This document shows positions 12,301-24,934 of a DNA stretch of 64,000 bases, in pieces. The DNA comes from Vicugna vicugna (Eukaryota): NCBI GenBank assembly GCA_013265495.1, contig MU058198.1, forward strand, positions 1,066,419-1,130,418. Reading direction: 5' to 3'. A program made the translations under genes and the position numbers. Under the pieces are notes generated by a model, which worked only from the letters and a program-made list of their open reading frames with translations, did not search any database and was not told where the DNA came from. Each line of letters opens with the position of its first letter. Within the stretch, counting starts at the first letter, position 1.

Positions 12301-12529
12301 TTCCTGCTGTGGACGGGAAGCAGGGAGGAGCCGGGAACTGTGGGCATACACGTAGCGCAGTGGATCAAGCTGTAAGAGGAAGTTTGTTTGACTCCAGCCA
12401 TTTTTTCAGCCAAGGATTAGTTTTCCTTTGTTAGAGGCCAAATTCGCAGAGAGATCGCCATCTGGATCCTGTTTCGCCAAGTCGGCCCCTCCTCCCCCAA
12501 GTACACGGTGTTGCGACTTTTTTCTCCGC

Positions 12530-12778
12530 TGAGTTTATTCTGTCTAGCATTCACATTCTGCTTACTGTGTGCCAGGTGCTGCTCTCAGTGCTTTACAAAA
12601 ATCAAGTCATGGACTCCTTACAGCAACTCTTCAGGTAGGAATTATTATATCACCATTTTAGATGAGGAAACTGAAGCAGAGAGAGACCAAGTCAGTTGCT
12701 CGAGGTTTCACAGCCACGAAGTGACAGAGCTGGAGTCCAAGTCCAGGCTTCTAGCCCTAACCACTGCCCTTCTCTACC
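12530..12778 (-). mobile_element. MIR SINE, near full length
   Basis: tgtgtgccaggtgctgc..ccattttagatgaggaaactgaagcagagag..ggtttcacagc..taaccactg. Confidence 0.9.
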
Positions 12779-13051
12779 GCTAGGTACTGAGATCTGTTTT
12801 ATTCCTTTGTGAGTCCGGGGCCCTGACGTCTGGACTTCATCTGTATCCTTAAGCCTCAGCCTCCAGTGGGTCCTTCATCGCACCAGGCCAGCGGTTAGCT
12901 CTCAGCAGAATCTTAAATCCAGATTCACTCCATTTCTAAGACCGGCAATCAGGCAACCAATCAAGAAATATTCGCTGAGAACTTTTAAGTCCCAATCATT
13001 ATGGGGAAGTGAAGGATATAAGACAACCCTGCACTTAAAGATTAAAGAAAA

Positions 13052-13290
13052 ATTTTAAGGGGTAAAACTCCCATAACATAAAATTGACCATTTTAACTAT
13101 TTAAAAATGGATAACTCAGTGATGTTCAGTATGGTCACAATATTGTGCAAGTATCTTCACTATCTGGTTCCAGACCATTTGTATCATCCCAGATGGAAAC
13201 TCCATACCCAGTAGCGGTCACCCCTCACTTCCCTTCTTCCTAGCTCCTGGCAACCACTAGTCTGCTTCCTCTCCCCATGGAATTTAAGGA
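13052..13290 (-). mobile_element. Old L1 (L1MB-like) 3' end
   Basis: cataacataaaattgaccatttta..cactatctggttccag..cctggcaaccactagtctgcttcc. Confidence 0.85.
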
Positions 13291-13357
13291 TATTCTGATC
13301 TACTTACAGAAACCAATGGAAAAAGCTACTGACAGAAGGAAGTACTGTGAACCAAAG

Positions 13358-13630
13358 GACCCAGCATCGCTCAGTGGTTAGCTGTGTGGATTCTGGAGCC
13401 AAATGGCCTGTTTTAAAATCCTAGCTCTGCTGCTTACTGCTGTGCAGCTTTGGGCAGATTAATCTACCTCTCTGGACCGTAGTCTACAAATATATAAAAT
13501 ATAAAAGGAGGCTTGTAGAAGTTCCTCCCTTGAAGACTGAGGGAGTTGTGAGGATTATGTGAGTCCATGCAGGTAAGGATCTGAAAAGAGTATCAGACCA
13601 CTTGGGAATCCTAAAGTCACTGTCAAAAAC
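13358..13630 (+). mobile_element. MIR SINE
   Basis: cagtggttagc..tctggagcca..aatcctagctctgctgcttactgctgtg..gttgtgaggatta. Confidence 0.85.
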
Positions 13631-13744
13631 AGTCCACAGCTTCTTGGCAAATTTATTAAGAACCACCTCAGTGCTGGATATTGTGTGCCCCATTATCGGC
13701 AGAACAAAAAAAACCAGGCCTGACCCAGACATCAACATGGTGAT

Positions 13745-13890
13745 AATGACGATGGCTAACATTAATCAAAATACCCATTATTCGTCCCGCACTTAACATG
13801 TGCCTGGCACTGCTAAAAGTCTTACATGCGTCAGTTTAATTTTGTTATGACTCAACCGTGAGACAAAACCCACTAGCACAATATAATAAT
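13745..13890 (-). mobile_element. MIR fragment
   Basis: gcacttaacatgtgcctggcactgctaaaagt. Confidence 0.6.
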
Positions 13891-14284
13891 AGCAATGAAA
13901 AGCCCACTTTTTTTTTAAACAGCAAAATGTCAACAAGTGCAAATGAATCCTGTAATAATTGAGTCTGTACGGGGAGCAGTGTGGCTGAAAACAGTCAGGT
14001 GAGCCCAACATGGAATTCTGGTGAAACATCTGTGTCCCTGATCCCTCCAGCCTGTTAATCATCTGAATGTTTGCCGCTTGAGCTGCTGGTTGCTTTTGGC
14101 TGGCATTTTTCTTTTCTCATCCTATAAAAGTCACCTTTGACTCTCTTGTAGGACAGATCTTATCAGTCTTGCTACCCTTCCAGGCACGCATGGAGGGATG
14201 GCAGACAGAATGCTCACAGAAGCCTCAGCAAACGAGTTCCTGGAGAGGAGAGTAGGTGCATGTCTTGTCTGTCGCCAGGGCAGT

Positions 14285-14440
14285 GCTCAAAGCTGGCTAA
14301 TTAGATCCAGGAAGGGGTTACACAGGCAGGCATCAGGGCGCAATGGCCTGAATCAAACCCCAGATTAATTAAAAAGTGCCCAAGTGGATTGAATATTTCA
14401 TGACCTCAGGGCTGAAGTCAAGGTCTCTTTGGAATAGAAA
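14285..14440. promoter_or_regulatory. Candidate enhancer (repeat-free motif cluster)
   Basis: CTAATTAG 14297, GATTAATTAA 14363, CAAGTG 14381, TGACCT 14401, TCAAGGTC 14418. Confidence 0.35.
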
Positions 14441-14979
14441 TCAGACATGCGTGTGGGGTGGTGGGGGGGATGGGAAAGAGAAAGGCAGTAAAGGAGGGGG
14501 AGGGGAAGGAGAGAGGAGAGGGAAGGAGGAATGAGAATGAATCTAGGGGTTAACCAAAATCAAACTAACTTCTCCTCTTCATTCTTGGATGATCTTAGAG
14601 GGCGATGCACTTTTTGGAAGCCTTCATAGTGTTATTTGAGCTGATCCTGTCAATGTCTCCATGAAGGTAGGTAGAGTGAGTTCCTGGTCACAACTTACCA
14701 CTTGAAGGCGCCTGGAGCCCAGAAGAAGTCAGTCCCCACCCGGGCTCTCTGGGGCTGAGATGCAGGCCCAGGTCTCCAACACCACCATGGAATTGACCCG
14801 AAGCCTGGAGATGAAGGACTTTTCTCATCTCCCAAGTAACAGGTTTCCAGAATCTTTTCTTCCAGAAAGACATTTTTTCTTCTTCCATTTCTCTATCAAT
14901 GAATTAGTTCAGTAGAAAGATAAACTGAGAGGAATGTGGATTCTTTGGGGAGATTGGGAAAGTCTTTGGCCCCACCCAG

Positions 14980-15375
14980 TCTTTCTGTCTTTCCTCAGGC
15001 TTCAACTTTATTCTTTCTGCCTCTGCATCCTTGTTTCAGTGTGTGAGGGCCTGAACATCTCCGTGTCCGTCTTTCTTTCTGTGTGTTTTTCCTGTGTCCT
15101 TCTTTGCCTGTGTCACCTCCTCCCCTCTGTCTCCGCCTGCCTCTCCTCCCTGTCTGCCCGTCTCTCTGCCCCACCCGCTCAACGCACATCCCACTCACCT
15201 TCGCTGCCTCTGCCCCCTGGTCTCTGCCCTCCTCTCTCTGCCCTTGTTTCTCTGCTCCTCTTCTTTTCAACCTGCTCAGTTCACGTTCAAGCATTCTCTG
15301 TCCTCTTCCTTCCTGTCTACCTTCTACTCTCTTCCCCTCACTTCTTCCCGTTTCTTCTCTCCTTCCTCTCTTTCC
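14980..15375. repeat. Extended CT-rich low-complexity region
   Basis: About 400 bp strongly pyrimidine-biased; explains the overlapping Leu/Ser/Pro-rich ORFs. Confidence 0.85.
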
Positions 15376-16810
15376 TAGTCCATCAAGACTATTTTGTCAG
15401 CGGCTTTAGTCAATTCCAATCTGTAAGTATCTCTAGACTCCCTGCCACAGCCAGGCATTGAGCTGGCGGCTCCCTGGGGTTACAGACCCAACTGGTCCCT
15501 GCCTGCAAGAGGTTCTTAGTTGATCAGGTTTTAGCAACTTAATACAACCTTCATTTTGTACTTAGCCTCAGCCTGCAGGTGGCCTTGAGTATGGCCACCT
15601 CCAAGAGGGATGGGTGGTCGGGATGACTGAGCCACCAAGTGAGAAGGATGCAGGCGGTTGGGACCTCTGTGGGCAGGGTGGGTGGGGGCGTGTGACTGCA
15701 AGGGGGCAGCCCGGCGCTTCCCCACCTGAGAAGGCAGCCCTTAGCTGTCCAGTGGGTCAGGCCCGGCTCTGCTTTCACACTCAGGGACCCGCACCGTCAC
15801 CTCTCCATTGTCTGCGGGCTTTGTTCAAGGACCGATACGTTACATAATCAGTCTGGTCTGGACCCCGTGATGCTGCATTTGGTGGCTTCTGAAATAAACC
15901 ACAAGACTGAGGGAGTCTCACAGCCCTGATTATTTTGCCATCTCCTTGTTCTGCATATCAATTTCCCTCCCCGCACTATTCATATTCTGTACATCCGGCT
16001 GGCAGGGAGGGTGCCTGGGGAAATTGCATGGTTTTGCACCCGAGATTTGTTAGAAGTTGGAGGAAAGACTATCTTATTTCACTTGATAATCTCTTATTTA
16101 TGGGTTTGTTCTTTTCTTAATATTAATGAGACTTACTATCTCCATCTTGCTGTGACAGCTTTATCAACACCTCTGTGGCTGCATTTTCATCCAGGTAATA
16201 GAACTGTGATCAAACTGAATCGGCATAAATAACAGGAAAATCTGCTGGTTGCGGATGTTGGCAAGCCCCAAGGGCTGGGTCTTGCAGAAGCCTCCTCCTC
16301 TGTAGGTGGTGTATTTGCTGGACTAAAATTCAGAGCCCACTATGTCCAACACTGACATAGTAGGACTTTATAAGTCTTTCAGTGTTTCCAGGTTCTGATT
16401 CTCTCTGCAGTAGATCCGTCCTTTTGAGGCAGTTAGGTGCTTTAGAGAGACGCATGGATTTTGGAGTGAGACTCACCTGATTAATGTCCTGCCACTGTGA
16501 ATTAAATACTATGAATTTCCTCATCAGGAAAAGAATTAAAGTTTTTAAATAGCTATAGCCTTTACCAAGCACTTGTAAATGGTTTACCTGTAGCATTGTG
16601 TTAATCCTTACAAACACTGTAACATAGATTTATTTTCTTGGTGAAGAAACTGAGTTATACATACTCAAATATTCACTTTCATTCAATAACACACACTTTA
16701 AAAATATTTTATGACTGTGTATTATATTTCACAGGTAAAGGTTAAAAACTCAAACTTGGAAAGGCTGTGATACATAGCCTGAATCAGGTCCCTGAGGATA
16801 AGGGGCCAGG

Positions 16811-17150
16811 CAGGGCTGCAATGAAAGGTTGCACCAGTTGGGTACTGCACAACTCCAGGAAAGAGCATTCACTTAGACCAGGGGTCAGCAAACTGTGGCT
16901 CTCAGGACAAATCCAGCCCAGCAACCTGTTTCTGTAAATAAAGTTTTATTGGCACATAGATGATACATTCATTTATTACCTATTGTCTGTGTTGGCTTTC
17001 ACGCTACATTGGCAGAGTTGAGTAGTTACAAAACAGACAGGCACTCAAAGCCTAAAATACTGACCACGTGGCTCTTTACAGAAATGTTTGCTGATCCCTG
17101 ACCCAGATAACAGTTTGAACTCGCTTCAGTTGTTCAACATGGTGGCCCTA
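16811..17150. mobile_element. MER91-like hAT MITE split by MER58A
   Basis: cagggctgc..actgcacaactccagg..cattcac on the left and ..catggtggcccta on the right. Confidence 0.65.
16879..17100 (+). mobile_element. MER58A (hAT-Charlie MITE), full length
   Basis: TIRs caggggtcagcaaac / gtttgctgatccctg; internal gtaaataaagttttattgg and gcagagttgagtagtt. Confidence 0.92.
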
Positions 17151-17269
17151 GACCCAGGATTTGAATATGTGCCTCACTGAATTTTGAATAATTAAGTTTT
17201 TCCTACCGTGTAGGGTAACTATGAAAACTTATGAAATTGGAATCACTCTGTCAATAATATTTATACATG

Positions 17270-17915
17270 GATCCAAAGAGGTAGAGACAAGGATGGTCAC
17301 TGCAGCACTGTTTTCCACCTGGAGGATTTGGAAATAATCTGAAAATCTATCTACGAAGGATATGGGTAATTAAAAGCAGGTTCATTCATACAATGACAGA
17401 TCACACAGACATTAAAATGAATGAGGCAGATCCATGTGTAATGAACACTGCCCATAGCAATTCACACAATCACACATCTATATAATTGTGTAGGCACTCT
17501 ATCTACTGTATTTTGTTACTCTAAAAAGCCACTTATTTCAAGATGCACCTTTATTTTATGTGCCAGTAAGAAGGAAAGAAATTGGCCACTGTACAATGCC
17601 TTTGATCATGAGATACATCCTTATTTCAGAGATTTTAAATTTGAAAAAAAGTGCATCCTAGAATCCATCAAATGTGGTTTGTTTATATATTCATGTAAGA
17701 ATATGTGTATTTATGAAAATACACAGAAAAAAGCCTGGATGGGTATACACCAAAAGGATATGGTGCTTATTTCCAGGAATGTAAGGGGAATTGAGGGATG
17801 TAGGGGTGATGGGAAACTTTCACTGTTTAATTTTCATGCCCTCTGAATTGCTGAAAAATTTTTCCAAGTGTGTATCGCTTATATAATTTTGAAAAGCAAT
17901 TTTTAAATTAAAAAA
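17270..17915 (+). mobile_element. Old L1ME-like 3' fragment
   Basis: aaggatggtcactgcagcactgttt..catacaatg..ctggatgggtatacaccaaaa. Confidence 0.65.
17506..17677. mobile_element. MER104-like TcMar-Tc2 MITE nested in L1ME
   Basis: aagatgcacc..tattttatgtgccagtaagaa..atttcagagattttaaatttgaaaaaaagtgcatcctagaatc. Confidence 0.65.
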
Positions 17916-18896
17916 TCATTTAATTAGAGAATACATATAAAGTGACTCATTGCGTACCTGGCACAAAGCTGGAGAACAGTCAGCGTCATTCACTTCTCTG
18001 CTCTCTGATTGACCACCGATAAATCTTTCAATGATGGAGATGAAATATTGGGAACATTTTCTGAACATTTGTAAATTTAAAATGTCCTTGCTACTTATAA
18101 AAGGTTTTTGTTTGCAGGTAAATATTTGGTCAATTTTTTAATCTGTGACTTGCTATTCTTCCCCAAAGATAACTCCTCTGTTAATTACAGACTGTAACAA
18201 ACCCTACAGATTCCACACTATGTGAACAGGCTTGTGTTCTAAGCTTCCTTGAAGAGCACATCAATAACATGACAATTAGGAAACAAGTGCCTTGTTAGCC
18301 ACAACCACAGGAAATACTTTATTAATAACATTTCAAAATGAAAGACATGTTTACACACATTTTTTTTCCATATCCATTTTCCGTACTGCTGAAGGAGAAT
18401 GGGGACAGGCCTGTTCAGAATAACAAGTAAGCCCCAAATCACCTGCAAAATGGAAATTTAGCTCCGTAATTTCCCACATGGCAAAGGGAATAAGGACATT
18501 TATACAAGTTGTATTTTTGTGTTGCTTTTCCCCACTTTGAAAAATAAACTGGCAATTTGCTATGACATAAGGGAGGCAAACAATACTTTTATACATGCAG
18601 AAGGGACATTTATATGAAAGGAACTGACGTCACAGATTTCAAAGTGGTAAGAGACTGTGGGGGCTACTTAGGCCAGCCCACTTCCCTGTGCAGGAATCCT
18701 GTACCGTAATCCTTGTGGCCATGGCTCAGCTTTTGCTCACAGAATTTAGATAACTCACAGGAATCCCTGTTTAATTGAACAGTAAAAGTGGACTGCAGTA
18801 ATAACCATGACAGCAGGAAGCCTTGGAAGTCAGGGGAAAGGGACAGCTAATACATTCTGTAGGATCCAGGGATACTTCCTAGAAATGTTGGTTGCT

Positions 18897-19452
18897 TCAT
18901 CAGTTAGAATGAATTTTAGCTGTATGTAACCTAGTACTTAAATAGTAATGGCTAAATAAGAAAGACAGTTATCTGATATAACAACAACTACAAAACATCC
19001 AGAGAAAAGCAATCCCAGGGCTACTTCAGAGACTCAAGGATATAATTAAGGAGCTAGGTTCTTCCCATCATTCTGCTCCACCTCTATTAGTTTGCTAGCC
19101 TTTCATACTTAGGCTTATTGCCCCCTGGTTGTGAGATGGGCTCCAGAGCTCTGGGAATCATGTTTTCACATAATCAAGTCTACAGAAATGAATCAGAGAG
19201 GTGATCAAGGAGGCAGCAAGCCAGAGAGAGAAAGCTCTTTTCATGTCATTATACTTTTATCAAGGAGGACCTAGAAGAAGCCCCCGTAAGACTTCCCTTT
19301 ATGTCCAAATGTCTAGAAATAGATAGCGTGGCTCCCTAGCTGCAAGGGAAGCTGGGAAGTCGATACCTTGCTTGTTTAGACTCTACAGTGGGAGATGGGC
19401 AAAGGTGAAAGAGTGTTGAAGATGGCTCCTGGGTTAGCTAATACGTGTCTGA
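18897..19452 (-). mobile_element. MLT1J/K-like MaLR LTR
   Basis: tcagttagaatg..ttagctgtatgtaac..agacttccctttatgtc..cctagctgcaagggaagctgggaag. Confidence 0.75.
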
Positions 19453-19469
19453 AAGAGCCACCAACTGTG

Positions 19470-20968
19470 CCCACAGCTATTAATTCCTCACTTCTTTCTT
19501 GATTTATTCAGGCACATGACTTAGGGGAAGATGGGTCCTCTCCAGTCCCAAGGGATGAATCGTGATTGGGCTAAGAAACTCGATTCCTCGTGCTGTTAGG
19601 AATGGGAATGGGATGCAGTTCTGGCAATGAGATGTGAGAAGATATCTTCCAGAAGTCTGGGGAGCTTCTAGGAGACTTACCCCTTATCTTAGAAAAGAAG
19701 GGGTAAGACCTTTTCCGCTCTTTCAGAATTTGAACATTTTAATTTGAGATTCTGGTACTTGAAGTTACTGCAGCCCTATTAATCCGTGAAAGGATAAGTG
19801 TGAAGACAAATTCCCATATACTGAAAAAGGGAGACTAGAAATATAAAAAGGGCACATATCCATCTGAACCCTGGAACTTCCTACATCCATATACTTTGCT
19901 ATGTGTGAGTGTTATCTTTGGTTTTCTCAAAGATGCAGATCCTGGGACAACACGATATTAGAGAACATGTGTGAGGAACAGAGAGAATGAAGCAGGGAAG
20001 GAGGAAGAGTAATATGAGAAAGCATTGCCAAGTTGGCTGCCACTAATTGACTATCCTCTTAGAAGCCATGTAAACTACATCTCAGGACAGTGTATCTAGG
20101 GGGAGAGGGCGAATAGTTTATCCACAAACTTTCATCTCCCATTGATCAAGGATTTGCCTATGGTGCGTTAATTGCTTCAGACTTTTGGATTTTGCACACA
20201 TGGGTGCCAGCTCAGGTTCCACAGTGTCCAACAGCTTAGCCTCAACAAGGAAACCCTGGGAAGGAGATGAGAACTGTGTGGTCCAGGTGCAGGGATGAGC
20301 TGAGCTACAGTCCGATTGCATCTAATTCTGGCGGAATCTCAGTGGTGGATAGAAGGAGTCAGGTGACATGGTGTCTTATTTGTCCATGCCTTGATCAATC
20401 AGATCCCCTCTTGACCTCCACTTCAGAAAACAAGATGCCCTTACTTCTTCCCTGAGAGAAAAGGTACAAGTCTGATTAATCAGAGTCCCCTTCAAGATGG
20501 TAGCCACTAAACTCTGTGCAAAGTCTCAGCGCAAGAGGGTTTGTGAGACTAACTATGATCCCTGCTGTTACTGCCAAAGGCTGTGAGATACTAATTCATT
20601 CCCACCATCTTCACCCCTCCCCATGCTGGATTACTCTGAGCCCTTGTTGTCTTGCCTTTGTTGGGCAACTGTTCCTGAAACTGCCAATTTTCTATGCTCT
20701 CAGGGCATGGAAGCACCAAAAGATGCCCCAGGGAATTCTCCCTGCACCCACTATGTTCTTTATGAACTCACAGTCAATTAACCTCACTGGCATGTCACTC
20801 CTTTCTTTGGCTGCTGGCCCATTGGCATGGAGAACCCAATGCATTGATAAGATCAGACTAGCACATATGGGGTATCTAATTTAATAGTAAATATCCATTG
20901 TTTAAGTCATTTTTGAGTTAAATTTTGTTTTTTTTTCCCTGACAGTCTAAAACATCCTCACTAATATA
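19470..20968 (+). mobile_element. MLT1-type LTR interrupted by an ERVL-like insert
   Basis: LTR body to about 19907 resumes near 20882 (taaatatccattgtttaagtca..catcctcactaatata). Confidence 0.55.
19908..20880 (-). mobile_element. ERVL-class LTR plus internal fragment
   Basis: Resembles an LTR16/33/41-type end followed by ERVL internal sequence; highly degenerate. Confidence 0.45.
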
Positions 20969-22399
20969 TCACAGGAAGTGACAGCTAAGGTTGAGATCCA
21001 AAAGAATAGCAGAAATTAAAATGGGCAAAAATTATGGGTGAGGATGTTTCAGGCAGATGGAAAAACATGTATAAAGTCTGTAGGAAGATAAAAATATGAA
21101 GTGTTTGTGGAGTTTAAAATGGTTCATTATGGCCAGAATCAAAATTATTTTTAAAAAAATGTTGCTCATTAAAGTTTCTGGCATAATGTTGGCAATTTGC
21201 AAAAGAAAGGTTAGTGCCTTTGAGAAATTAACCATAAGAGAAATCTTGTGTCAATAAAAGATGGCTGAGGTTGTCTTGTTTCTTAAGAATTAAATAACAT
21301 TGGCTCATATCCCTAGCTGCATCTCATGCTGTTAGATTAGTCTTCCCCAAGATTTTCCTAAATCTGATGGCTTATGTTCAGGTCTCCAACTCTAATTTCT
21401 ATCACTGTTAGGTGCATTTGTCTTTTGCTTTCTGTGGCTGTGCTCTTTTCCCTTCTCTGCCTCAGCCCGAATATTGCAACAAAGCTCCTTTCTCTTGCCT
21501 CTCCAAAATACCAGTCAACCAGGGAAACTGCATAAAGTCAAGCTGCACTTAATATATATTTTGAGGGGTGGTGGGTGGAAGAGAAGCAATAAAAGGGGTT
21601 AAATTATAGTACTGCCAGTGGCTTAAGAAGACATCCATATTGTAAGGTCCTTCTTGCAGACCCGCCAGAACATGAGGGGACTTCTCACTGGCCCGCATAG
21701 TTATTCAAATTTCCTGTCCTGCAGTCATGATATTATCTGTCACTTTGAAGAATCTCCTCGCATCCTCACTACTCACCTTGCTCAGCAGCTTCCGGCTTCC
21801 TCCTGCATTCCTCATACATTCAGTTTTTTATGGATGTCCTAATCCTTTCAGACTCTAAGGACCATCTTTCTACCACCAAAACTTTTCATCAAAGTGATTT
21901 TGCTAAACAAATATAGCCCTCTTCTTGAATCTCAACTCTTAGTCTGAGAATTGTTCCTCCACACTTCACGTGAGACAGAAGGAAAACCTGGGAGTGAGAA
22001 GTGGTTTGACCAGGAGGAGATTCTCAGAGGGGATACTAACCCTGGGCTGAGCCTTGAAGGTGCAATTGCAGTTAATCCAGGAAAGGAGTATGAAGAAAAC
22101 ATTCTCCTTGAGCGAAGACATTGAGGATGAACGCGGTGAACACCATCCCTCTGTTTCCCTCTTCCTTCCCCTTCCGCATCGTTTGACCTTCATCAAATCA
22201 TTTGAGCCGGTGGATAAAAGAGGGAACCCTGTGGACCTGACCTGAAAGGCCACCAGTCCAGAGGCCACCAGCCACTGTCTCTAATGAGAACACAGGGGAG
22301 AGTCCCTTCAAGCTGTGAAAGTGCTCACTAGGGTGGCAACACAGTTAGATGCATCAGATACCCCTGTTAGCTTCCAGCCAGCCTTCCTACCATTCTTAA

Positions 22400-22645
22400 C
22401 CAGAGGTTAAGAATACAGACCGTGGATCCAGGCTGCTTAGATTCAAATATTGGCTCAAACGCTTGGTAGCCATGGGATCTTCGGCCAGCCACCTAACCGC
22501 TCTGTGTCTAGGTTGGTTTCCTGTATGTAAAATTGGGATAATGATAGCACAGGGTTTTCTGAAGATTAAATAAGTCATGTCTACATCACCAACTGCTTAG
22601 AACAGTGCATGGCACAAATTAAGCTTTTATTAAATATTAGCTCTT
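22400..22645 (+). mobile_element. MIR SINE
   Basis: ggttaagaatacagac..tgtaaaattgggataatgatag..gcttagaacagtgcatggcaca. Confidence 0.88.
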
Positions 22646-22984
22646 AATGCGCATTCTTAACTCAGCTCATTGACAATGCTGCTAGCTTGCGGCATCTCTT
22701 GTGTGAGCCGTGAAAATAGCTCTGGTCCCAGCAACTTCTGCCCCATAAGTTTTTATAGCGGGGAATGGATCTGATGTCATCAATTAAGTTAATACACACA
22801 GCTTGCCTAACTCAGACCTCTATGACATACAATGGGGACAAAACTGGGAACCAGAAGCGTGGTTATAAGATGAAAATACATCTCATACGTTGCAAAGGAA
22901 CACCCAGCTACTCTATGCAGCAGTTGTCAGCTTGCTGGAGAGATGCTCTTTAAGTTCCCTTTGATTGCTACTAAGAGCAATGCT

Positions 22985-23240
22985 CATGGGAGCTTCAAAA
23001 TACACTGATACTCCGTGAATTCTGATGTAAACAGTCTGGGTTGTAGCCTGGACTTTGAGAGCTTTAGAAACTCTCCAGGTGGTTCTAATGGTGGCCAAAA
23101 TTGAGAACTACTATTAAAAAAAAATATACCCACTAGCAGACCACACCCAAGACAGATTAAATCAGTGCCACTGCAGGTGAAGCCCTAGCATCAGAATTTT
23201 TTAAAAGCTCTCCTGGTGATTTAATGTGCAGCCACCAGTC
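22985..23240. mobile_element. Two adjacent MER5-family MITE fragments
   Basis: ctctccaggtggttctaatg..ttgagaactac and ttttaaaagctctcctggtgatttaatgtgcagcc. Confidence 0.7.
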
Positions 23241-23654
23241 CCAGCTCACCAGTGGCTGACAACAACCACTCTGGAAGCTCACTGATTTGGGTCTTATCTC
23301 AAGTGCTGCTAAAGATATGCTCAGTGATGTCTTGTCAGCTTTATAGCTTACGATGATGAAATAACATATTGATCTTAAAAAGAAGAAATCTTTGTTGTTG
23401 AAATTTCTGCCAAAAGCCCCCCTCCCCCCAACTTTGGCTCTGCAAGCCTGACATTGTACTTATAATGTGATTTTTGATAATGTGAGCTTTCTTAAGATCA
23501 TAAACCTCATGCTGATAATAGTGCAATGCTATGCTTTTGATTCCCAGAATTTATCATTCTTCTGGTAAAATTATGCCCAGAATTTTCTTTGTAAAACCAC
23601 TTTTCTTTAACTCTTAGCCTATGTTTTTTGCTTAGTTGGTGGAGAAGAAGGAGG

Positions 23655-24050
23655 TCCCGACTGGTATAAACCAATTAGCATATCCCATCCCTAGGGGTAT
23701 AGCAATGGGGTCTAAGATGAGCACGTGATCACTTTCTGGCCAGTGTGAGTTGAACTCAGGTTCAGCTACTGGGAAAGAGAAGCTTCAGCTCAGTTGGATG
23801 TGAAGCTGAGGTGTGAGATCTGGAGCTGCTGAGAGGGGCTGGGCTGTCTGAGAATGAAGCCCCCACACAGAAGAGAATGGAGCAGAGAGTCACAGTGAAC
23901 TTGTTCTGCTTTCATGATAATGCTCCTGGAACCAGCAGGGCCAGTTAGTCTCCAATTTTCCTCTTACCGGAGTCAATGAATTCTCTTTCTGCGAAAGCTA
24001 GTTTGAACTGGAGTTTTCACGTAATTGCCATGAAGCTTCTAACTGACACA
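23655..24050 (+). mobile_element. MLT1K-like MaLR LTR
   Basis: gagcacgtgatc..tctggagctgctg..gagaatgaagcc..aagctagtttgaactggagtttt..ctaactgacaca. Confidence 0.7.
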
Positions 24051-24577
24051 GCAGAAGAGCAGGGAGAATTTAAATAGTCAAAGTTTAGCTTTTCAAAGTA
24101 ATTTCTTGTCTACTTTTTTTTTTTCACGTGGTCCTTGCCACAGTGCTGTGGAGTAGTCAGTGTGGCCAAGTAGGAGTCAGCCAGCTCCATGGAAACAGGA
24201 AGCCAGGGTGCTTTGATCCCTTCATCCATCACCTGGTGCAGTGTCTCACACATGGCAGGCTCTCGGTAAATAATTGTTGAAAGCTTGAGAGCAATCAGAG
24301 TTTCCACAATGTGGTTTCAGCCTCATTCAGGACTCCTCTTTTTCTAAAATGATGCACCGACCCTTCCTTGAATGGACCCGATATTTTTAGGCTTTTGCCC
24401 AAGTCATTCCTTCCACCTTGAATATTTTCTCTGTTTCCTCTGCCTTTCAGATCCTTATTCACCCTTCAAGACCCAGAATAGATACACTTCTTTATGAGGC
24501 TTTTTTTTTTTTGGCTCCCACCAGTTCAATAGAATGGCTTTCTCACTGTCTGAATTCCTGTGGGGAAGATGATAAAG

Positions 24578-24770
24578 ATTCAGAAAAACCCGGACTGGAA
24601 TCTCCATTGTGTCACTTCCTAGCTGTGTGACCTTGGGCAAGTCATTTAACTGCTGTAAGCCTGGGTTTCCTTAGTACAAATTGGGGATAAAAAAACCTGC
24701 TGACTTCATATGCCTGATACGGAAAGCAGATGAAATACACGGTGTGTATATTTCCTGTGGGTACTAGCAC
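24578..24770 (+). mobile_element. MIR SINE
   Basis: cacttcctagctgtgtgaccttgggcaagtcatttaac. Confidence 0.9.
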
Positions 24771-24853
24771 AGAGAAGACAGAGATTCTAAGGGGCACTTT
24801 TATTATCCCTGTCTTACAGGTGAGGCATTGTGCTATTAAATAACCCATACCTA

Positions 24854-24909
24854 CTGGAATTTGACACAACACTGTAAAATGATTATAAATCAATAAAAAA
24901 TGTTAAAAA
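24854..24909 (+). mobile_element. Young 56-bp L1 3' stub with perfect 16-bp TSD, inside a reverse MIR
   Basis: TSD aaataacccataccta at 24838-24853 and 24910-24925; insert has ttgacacaacactgtaaa..AATAAA and an A tail. Confidence 0.9.
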
Positions 24910-24934
24910 AAATAACCCATACCTAAGGTCATCA

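Noticed and set aside
14934..15461. Overlapping hydrophobic ORFs up to 175 aa
   Set aside because: Artefact of CT-rich low complexity, which lacks stop codons.
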